From NCBI GenBank assembly GCA_003427395.1, contig BFEA01000030.1, positions 712,001 through 776,000 of the forward strand: a DNA stretch of 64,000 nucleotides. The letters run 5' to 3'. The translations under genes and the position numbers were made by a program. The notes beneath the pieces are model-generated. The model searched no databases and was not told the origin of the DNA. It saw nothing but the letters and a program-made list of their open reading frames with translations. Shown in pieces: positions 1-64,000 of the stretch. This DNA is from Chara braunii (lineage: Eukaryota > Plantae > Charophyceae). Position 1 is the first letter of the stretch, and each line of letters begins with the position of its first letter.

Positions 1-394
1 TAGTGATGACGGCCTAAACCCAGGGTAACGTGACGATGGGGGGGTGAGTGGTCGACGCGATGAGCTGACGTGGCGAGCTGAGGGTAGGCGATCAGCAGAA
101 TGCTCTTTTTCTTTTTTTGTGTACATTCGTCTACCCTATCCTTGCCCTGTCATCCTCTTGTGTGGAAGACATTCGTCGAATGCAGATCGCGTAGGACGAC
201 GGTAGCAAGAAATTCCTGTAGCTGCAGCTGACGTGAGCGTGGCACGGGCGACGTTCACGTTGACGCTGCAGCTACTGGAATTTCTTGCTACCGCCGTCCT
301 CCGAATAGAACGCACGGTCACTGTAGCTGCATTTGGAGCAACTTTGTCTAGATACAGCGATAACGATCGCACGTTCTATTTTCGGGCGCGCGCG

Positions 395-509
395 CGAGAG
401 AGAGAGAGAGAGGGAGAGAGAAAGAAAGCTTTTGTTCTACTGAAACTGAATTCTAAGTGTGTGTGTGAGAGAGATAGAGAGAGTTTTTGTTCTTCTGGAA
501 CTGAATTCG

Positions 510-572
<63 letters not shown>

Positions 573-662
573 TGTTTGTTNNNNNNNNNNNNNNNNNNNN
601 NNNNNNNNNNNNNNNNNNNNNNNNNNNNNNNNNNNNNNNNNNNNNNNNNNNNNNNNNNNNNN

Positions 663-718
<56 letters not shown>

Positions 719-737
719 TCTTCTGGAACTGAATTCG

Positions 738-792
<55 letters not shown>
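395..792. repeat. Compound (GA)n/(TG)n microsatellite with repeated ~30-bp spacer (ttgttcttctggaactgaattcgaag)
   Basis: Spacer seen three times (~432, ~487, ~714) between dinucleotide tracts; N gap inside. Confidence 0.9.
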
Positions 793-794
<2 letters not shown>

Positions 795-1559
795 GCACGT
801 GCTGAAGGGATGTTCCGTTGTAAGGGTAACGGTGTGGGAACTCGTCATATGATCCGTAGAAGGCGTACAACTTTGCCTCGACTTTGTCATTTTTAAAAAA
901 ATAATTTATTATAATTTAGAATGAAAAATTATATAAATATATATGTTATTATGTAGAGTAATAGTTGCGTGATTGCGGTCGGATGTGTCGAGGTCCGGTT
1001 GTAATTGCAGTAGTATGCATTCTAGAAAGTCCTAGCGTGAATGTGCCCTCATTCATGATCAGGGTTCATTTTGTTTCGGGGAAAGATAGGGAGAGGACTT
1101 TGGAGCGAGAGAGTCCTTTTGCTTGCTTCTCTTGTCCGCTTTGGGGTCTGGAGGGGTCTCTCGTTGAATTGCAGGGGTTGTGGCGGGTGAGGGTGGTAGT
1201 GGTGGTAGTAGATAGTCCGATGCCATTACAAAACTACCGTAGTGGTTGACTTGACCCGATCTTATTTCACCGCAGCAACCATGATTATAGCGTTGCCAAC
1301 TGGAATAGAGATGTTTGTGCTGATTGGATCCCCAACTATGTGGGGACGTTCAATGCAAGTTATTTGGAAAGAGGAGGGGAGAGGGAGGGGGAGAGGGAGG
1401 GGGAGGCAAGCATAATTGGCCGTTTCCACTTTCGTTGTTTCTTTCTTAAGTTGGTCAATCGGTAACGCAGTGACGTGGCCACGTCAGCAGTGGCGGGACC
1501 ACCATCTTTACAACTTGAATGTCTGACCTGCTGACGTGGAACACTTGTCTTTTGATGCG

Positions 1560-2669
1560 AAGGTGGATTATTGGTGACATGATGACGTGGATGATTGGTG
1601 ACACAATGACATGAATGGTGTGAATCCACACTTGGCTTCTACTGTGGGCTGGAAACATATCCCGGTGATGACATGGATGGATGATCCCGGTCATTGACAG
1701 ATCACTGTTGGTGACGTGGACGATTTGATGACGTGGACGATTGGTAACAGGGACGATTGGTGTGGGTGATTGGTGACATGATTGATGGGGATGATGGATG
1801 TGGATGATTGATGACATGATTGATGGGGATGATGTGGATGATGAGTGTGGATGATTGGGGACATGATACCGTGAATGATTGGTGTGGATGATCGGTGTGA
1901 ATGACTGGTGTGAATGATTGGGGGCATGATGTGGGTGATTGATGTGGATGATTGGGGACGTGATGACGTGGATGATTGGTGTGAATGATTGGGGACATGA
2001 TGACGTGGATGACTGGTGGATCATTGGTGACATGATGACGTGGATGATTGGTGTGGATTATTGGTGACACCATGACATGATTGGTGTGAATGATTGAAAC
2101 GTGATGATGTGGATGATTGGTAACGTGATGATGTGAATGATTGATGACAAGATTGGTGTGGATGATGGATCGATGACATGATTGATGTGGATGACTGGTA
2201 GGTGACATACTGACGCTGATGATTGGTGACAGGAATAATTATGCAAGGATCGGTGACAAGATGACCTGGATGATTGGTGGCATGATGACGTAGGTCATTG
2301 GTGGCATGATGACGTAGGTCATTGGTGGCATGATTGGTGTGGATTATTGGTGTGGATGATTGATGACATGATGACGTGGATGAGTGGTGGGCGACATGGT
2401 GACATGGATGATTCGTGGGTGACATGATGACGTGGGTGATTAGTGACACACTTCTTTGGCAATCTCGTTTTGTAATACAATATCACAACGACTCATCAGT
2501 GCTTCGGTTCCGTTGATATCAGGTTGGAGAAGCTATATGAATAATTACACGATGACGTGGATTGTTGTTTGACACGATGACGTGGATGATTGGTGACGCG
2601 ATGACGTGATCGGTGACATGATGATGTGCGGATGATTGGTGGCATGATGACCTGGATGATTGGTGACAG
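1560..2669. repeat. Degenerate minisatellite (GATGATTGGTGACATGATGACGTG-like units)
   Basis: Dozens of imperfect copies; explains the His/Ile/Pro-rich minus-strand ORFs. Confidence 0.92.
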
Positions 2670-58613
<55,944 letters not shown>

Positions 58614-58882
58614 GTATCGTCGGGGAAGCTGTGGAGTTCGATTTTCCCTCCACCTGGATGAACTTACTCTGTCCAAAGGAAAAATTGCTCACGGACATCC
58701 CCACCCTCTCTGTCCTGCTCCCACCTGAGATTGTTCTTGTCCTACTTTATCTCCCATGGTATCGGAGATTGAGTTGGGTGCATTCCTAGGCTACCAGAGT
58801 GGCCTGGGACCCCACTTGCTCGGCCAGGCCCAAAAAAATAAAAAACAAAATGGTTTTTTTCTGTTGTGAATGTGGTAAAGAG

Positions 58883-59124
58883 CATACTTGCGGCGCATTT
58901 GTGTGCTGCGCCATGCGCACATGGCTGGTGCGCACGCACCGCGCGCATGGCGCATCGGTGCGCTATATGCACATGCGCTATGCGCATGCGCGCGCTACCC
59001 ATGCGCCGTGCGTGCACCTGCGGGCCTTGCACTAGGGTGGTGCGCCAGATGCACTGCCTTTTTTTTTCTTTTTTGGGGGGCGGTGCTTCCACCACCCGTT
59101 TGAAATTCGACTCATCGGAAAGGT

Positions 59125-59177
<53 letters not shown>

Positions 59178-60725
59178 GAAATTTCAACAAACAAAAATGG
59201 TGGTCATCCCTCCCTCCTTGTCATCTCTCTCTCTTAATGTCGTCAATGAGGTGCTTCGGCAGAGCGGCCGCCGCTGTCACCTCCAACAGAAAATGGTGGT
59301 CAGCCCTTCAAAGGAAAACCCTCTCCCCTTGTCCAGATCCACCACTCCCTCCTCTAATCCCCCTCGGCTATGCAACACTCCAGCGGGTATTTAAAAAAAA
59401 AAAAAAAAAAAAAAAAAANNNNNNNNNNNNNNNNNNNNNNNNNNNNNNNNNNNNNNNNNNNNNNNNNNNNNNNNNNNNNNNNNNNNNNNNNNNNNNNNNN
59501 NNNNNNNNNNNNNNNNNNNNNNNNNNNNNNNNNNNNNNNNNNNNNNNNNNNNNNNNNNNNNNNNNNNNNNNNNNNNNNNNNNNNNNNNNNNNNNNNNNNN
59601 NNNNNNNNNNNNNNNNNNNNNNNNNNNNNNNNNNNNNNNNNNNNNNNNNNNNNNNNNNNNNNNNNNNNNNNNNNNNNNNNNNNNNNNNNNNNNNNNNNNN
59701 NNNNNNNNNNNNNNNNNNNNNNNNNNNNNNNNNNNNNNNNNNNNNNNNNNNNNNNNNNNNNNNNNNNNNNNNNNNNNNNNNNNNNNNNNNNNNNNNNNNN
59801 NNNNNNNNNNNNNNNNNNNNNNNNNNNNNNNNNNNNNNNNNNNNNNNNNNNNNNNNNNNNNNNNNNNNNNNNNNNNNNNNNNNNNNNNNNNNNNNNNNNN
59901 NNNNNNNNNNNNNNNNNNNNNNNNNNNNNNNNNNNNNNNNNNNNNNNNNNNNNNNNNNNNNNNNNNNNNNNNNNNNNNNNNNNNNNNNNNNNNNNNNNNN
60001 NNNNNNNNNNNNNNNNNNNNNNNNNNNNNNNNNNNNNNNNNNNNNNNNNNNNNNNNNNNNNNNNNNNNNNNNNNNNNNNNNNNNNNNNNNNNNNNNNNNN
60101 NNNNNNNNNNNNNNNNNNNNNNNNNNNNNNNNNNNNNNNNNNNNNNNNNNNNNNNNNNNNNNNNNNNNNNNNNNNNNNNNNNNNNNNNNNNNNNNNNNNN
60201 NNNNAAAAAAAAAAAAAAAAAGGTGATTGGATGGTGAAGTGTTCGAAGGACAGATGGATGGAGAGAGAGGGAGGAAGGAGGAGGGGCAGATGGATGAAGA
60301 AGGGAGAAAGGAGGAGGGAGAAATGGAGGAGATGGAGGACGAAGAAGAGAGGAAGCAGGAGGGAGAAAGGGAGGAGGAAAGAGGAGGGAGAAATGAGGTG
60401 CTGCATGGAGGAGGGAGAAAGTGAGGAAGGAGAGGTACAAATAGACGACGAAAGAGGGGAGAGGAGGGAGGGAGGAGGAGGGAGAGATGGACGAGGAAGA
60501 AGGGAGAGAGGAGGAGGGAGAAAGGGAGGAAGGAGGAGGGAGAAAGGAAGAAGGAAAGAGGGGGCAGCGAGTCGAGTCAGTCGACATGTGGAGGATGGGA
60601 GGGGTGGAGGTGCCGTGCGGAGTGAAAGGCCGTGTCGCTAACAGAACAAGGGCAAAAAAAAAGAAAAAAAGGGTGATTGGATGGTGAAGTGTTCGAAGGA
60701 CAGATACAGGAGGAGAAGGGAAGAG

Positions 60726-60791
<66 letters not shown>

Positions 60792-60952
60792 GGAGGAAGG
60801 AGGAGGACGCGTGGAGGATGGGAGGGGTGGAGGTGCCGTGCGGAGTGAAAGGCCGTGTCGCTAACATAACAAGGGCAAAAAAAGAAAAAAGAAAAAAAAA
60901 GGGTGATTGGATGGTGAAGTGTTCGAAGGACAGAGACAGGAGAAGGGAAGAG

Positions 60953-61005
<53 letters not shown>

Positions 61006-61508
61006 GGTGGCAACCCACCTCAAGTGGCTCGGTGATTACTCCTCGCTCCCACTGCCTGCTCCAGCTGCCTCCTGCTGTGTGCTGCTGCCTTCTGCTGCCT
61101 CCTGTTTTTTGCTCGGGCTGGTGCTGCTGGTGACGGGCGGGCACAACCAATGACGAACGACGACGAAAACGGACCACACAACGGCCACCAAGGAGACAAG
61201 GCACAACTGACGGGTCGGTGAAGTGCCGGGGTGCCCAACGGCGGCATGAGGGAGGCCTGAGTATTTCGAAAACGAACTACTCAGATCTCCCCCCAAAATT
61301 TTTACCGGGCCTCGGCGCGGGCCGAATTTTTTTTTTCGCGCCCACAGAGGCAATTTCTGCCGGTACCTCTCCGGGCCTCCCCCCCGAACTTTTTTTTTTT
61401 TTTTCCACGACCCCTGTTTTGGCCGATGCGCCGCGTGCCGTGCACGCGCCGGCTGCGCTCTGCGCCGCACGTGCCGCGACGCCGCGCACGGCATGGGCCA
61501 CAAGTATG
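58883..61508. mobile_element. Nested hAT-type element (TIR catacttg(c/t)ggc), 8-bp TSD gtaaagag
   Basis: gtaaagag|catacttgcggc ... gccacaagtatg|gtaaagag; contains an N gap and GA-rich duplications. Confidence 0.88.
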
Positions 61509-61899
61509 GTAAAGAGTTTCGATGTGACCCGGAGGCTAAAGTTCTTCAGTTTATTTTTCTGCATAACATGGTGCAGTGAACCCAGACTGGAAGATACTCA
61601 TCAGACGTCGAAGAGCGTGGAGGGGGAATGGACAGAGGAGAGGGTGGAAGAGATAATTAGTGACCACACAAAAGTAGCCCAATCATTTCCCACTTCTTCT
61701 CCGGGCTTCCCCTCGCCTCCATGCCATCAAACAATATACAGTAACAAGTCTGATAAGTCCTGATGCCACATGGCACTATCAACTCATGGAGACAATGAAG
61801 ACAACAGCAGTCCATGGTATCGACATCAACCTCAGGTGAGTACCAAATCCCAATCATCCACAGATCCCGATCTCCCTCCTCATCGCAACCAATCACCTC

Positions 61900-62160
61900 A
61901 TGTAGACATCGTGGCCAATGCCATGTCAGCAATAGAGACAGGTGGCATGCATCACATCAACAATGAAGACAGGTGGCCTGCGCCACATCAGCAATGTAGA
62001 CAGGTGACCTGCACCACATCAGCACTCTAGACAGGTGGCATGCGCCACATCAGCAATGAAGACAAATGGCCTGCGCCACCTCAGCAATGTAGACAGGTGG
62101 CAAATGCCACATCAGCAATGAAGATAGGTGGCACGCGCCACATCAGCAGAGGCTGGTGCT
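61900..62160. repeat. Minisatellite (gacaggtggcatgcgccacatcagcaatg)
   Basis: About 7 imperfect ~30-bp copies. Confidence 0.85.
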
Positions 62161-63264
62161 CAGCAGCGAAGGCGCCAGCATGCTGCCACAGTCCCACGTC
62201 GTTGTCCACAGTACCAGCGCACAGCCAGCGTCAAGCCAGTGTCCCGCTATAGTCAACCCAGTGTCGAGGCAGCATAGCAAGACTGAATGTTGACCACCTG
62301 GAGACCAAGCATTATGTAGTATTTGACGAGGCTGTCTGGCCTCAGGTCTCCCACCCACAGTCGTACAGTTTGACTCACAGCCGAGGGCCTTGGTTGTATA
62401 CAGTTGCAGACTTCCCTTTGGTCCTGTCGCTGTCTGGGTGCCTGCATATAAACAAGTGTGTTTGACTGTTGGGCGTCAGACAGTTGACTTTGGTCAACTG
62501 TAGCTCGCTCAGGCCCTGAATCTTTGGCTGGGGTCTTTTTCTCCTTTTTGGCCTGGGTCTGGGTGTGGCCTGGCAATTCCACGGGGCATACTGCATGGCT
62601 TATTGCAATAGTTTTTAAACTTTTTTAAAGTTTTTTTTCAGGTTTTTTTTTTCTTTTTTTCTGGGACCTTCTTTGGTCCTTGCACGGTGTGGGCCGCCCG
62701 GGCAAACTAGGTGGCCCGGGAGGCCCGTCTGGTAGCCTGGGTGCAATCAATTTTTTTTTTTAACAAAAATTTATTCACAATGCTTGAAACTGGATCCAGC
62801 GTCCCTTACACCCAACTCTTGTCCTACCTTTATCTGCCATGGAACAGGAGAGTGAGTTGGGTGCAATCCTTCTTTTTTTTTTTAAACAAAATTTTATTCA
62901 CAATGCTGGAAACTGGGTCCAGTGTTCCTTACACCCAACTTGCGCCCGACTTAGGCAGGGGCTGAGTTGGGTGCAATCTGGACGCTCTTCTAGCTTTCCT
63001 TTCTTTACTGTCCGGGGAGGTTTGTGCTGTCGTCTTAAAACCATCATTAACCCTGCCGGCCTAAATTCGACTTTCCTGGCCTTATGGACCGGGTATTTCG
63101 GGGGGCCGGCAACCGGCAGGCGCAGGCAGATCCGGTCCAAGGTTTTTCAAGCGCCAAGTTTGGCGTTTTTTCGCGCTCAGAACAATTGATGAAAAAATCT
63201 GAAATTTTGATATCCTGTAGATTAGGTTGTGATCTTTCCAGGAAAAATATATATATATATATAT

Positions 63265-63306
63265 TCAGCCTCCTGATGAGTCGGTGAAACTCCGACGAAA
63301 CAGTTT
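63265..63306 (+). ncRNA. Partial hammerhead ribozyme (3' part only)
   Basis: cagcctc-CUGAUGA-GUCGG-ugaaacu-CCGAC-GAAAC-aguuu; the upstream GUC/stem I 5' strand is replaced by (AT)n. Confidence 0.8.
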
Positions 63307-64000
63307 GTCACAGCCCCTCGTTTGTTGTCGTCTTCTCTCTCTCTGCCTACGGTTTTACCGGGCAGTTCTGTGCTCTTTTAGTTTGTAGTGATGTGACAAT
63401 ATATTCTCCGATGTTGCTAGCCCTCTGCTCTTGCAGATTGAGCGGCGAGCATCGGGCCTGTACAACCAGGCACTCACTTTTTTTGTGGAAGACAATCTAT
63501 TCTTTCTCTTATCTCCTACATCTTTCTTTTTATGTTGTTCTCACCCATGGTTGTTTGTCCTTTTTTGGTAAGCTTGGTATTGTGATCATGTTCATTTCTG
63601 CTCTACACCCCTTACATGGACATTCGTGATGTACATTCCGTCTTGTCTATGTGTTGTGTACAGCTGTTATGTACACTTTTTCCTTCAGTGCATGATGTGA
63701 TTGTGATGGCGGTCACCGCAAGGGCACGGGTTGCACCCCTTTCCCGTGCAGTGGGTATAGTTACGGCCCGCCTAAGGTTGGCCAGACCCGGGCGGCTGCC
63801 TCCATGCCCACTCACCTCTTGTTCCTTGTTCTTTGGGATAATCCTTCTACGCTGGCTCATGCATCTGTCCGTTGCTTGGTGACATCTTTTTATGTAGACA
63901 CTGTTGGTCTATCGGTGTAAGGCTCTTGGCATTGCTGCTGGTTGCACACTTATGCTGATTGCACACTCATCGGGAGACGCAGTTTCACATTTACACCAAG

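Larger units (their letters stand above)
58786..62740. mobile_element. Non-autonomous hAT-type element (TIR c(t/c)aggctaccaga), near-perfect 8-bp TSD
   Basis: gtgcattc|ctaggctaccaga ... tctggtagcctgg|gtgcaatc; uninterrupted target gagttgggtgcaatc recurs at ~62854 and ~62964. Confidence 0.75.

Noticed and set aside
1360-2449. His/Ile/Pro/Ser-rich minus-strand ORFs up to 192 aa
   Set aside because: They are translations of the GATGATTGGTGAC minisatellite, open in several frames, with no domain.
63437-63470. Candidate next SWEETIE exon after ttgcag at 63436
   Set aside because: The translation (IERRASGLYNQ...) does not resemble the expected next segment (E..DQ.FDIL.LW) and it lies downstream of a half-hammerhead, probably within a mobile element.

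Overview
Eukaryotic, repeat-saturated plant-lineage DNA. The exon sequences, the gag type and the microsatellite density suggest a streptophyte alga such as Chara, but that is inference. One host gene spans the window on the + strand: 13 internal coding exons (2670-58613, 1518 nt, 506 aa, all GT-AG and phase-compatible) of a SWEETIE/HEATR5-family HEAT-repeat protein. Its first exon and 3' portion lie outside the window. The introns (up to ~20 kb) contain LTR retrotransposon remnants, nested 8-bp-TSD (hAT-type) non-autonomous elements, MITEs, a tRNA-derived SINE, U2 and U6 snRNA retrocopies, three small organelle/bacterial-type fragments (rps7, LSU rRNA, tRNA-Leu), and many mini- and microsatellites. 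The most notable item is a decayed Penelope-like retroelement of the permuted-domain Naiad/Chlamys type (GIY-YIG endonuclease N-terminal to RT). Its C-terminal extension looks like a Josephin (ataxin-3-like) cysteine protease/deubiquitinase with Cys-His-Asp retained, followed by a Cys/His-rich domain. The window also holds an intact type III hammerhead ribozyme, half-hammerheads at microsatellite junctions, and a conserved structured 3' module shared with a short (CA)n-embedded insert. All family assignments come from recalled motifs, not database searches.
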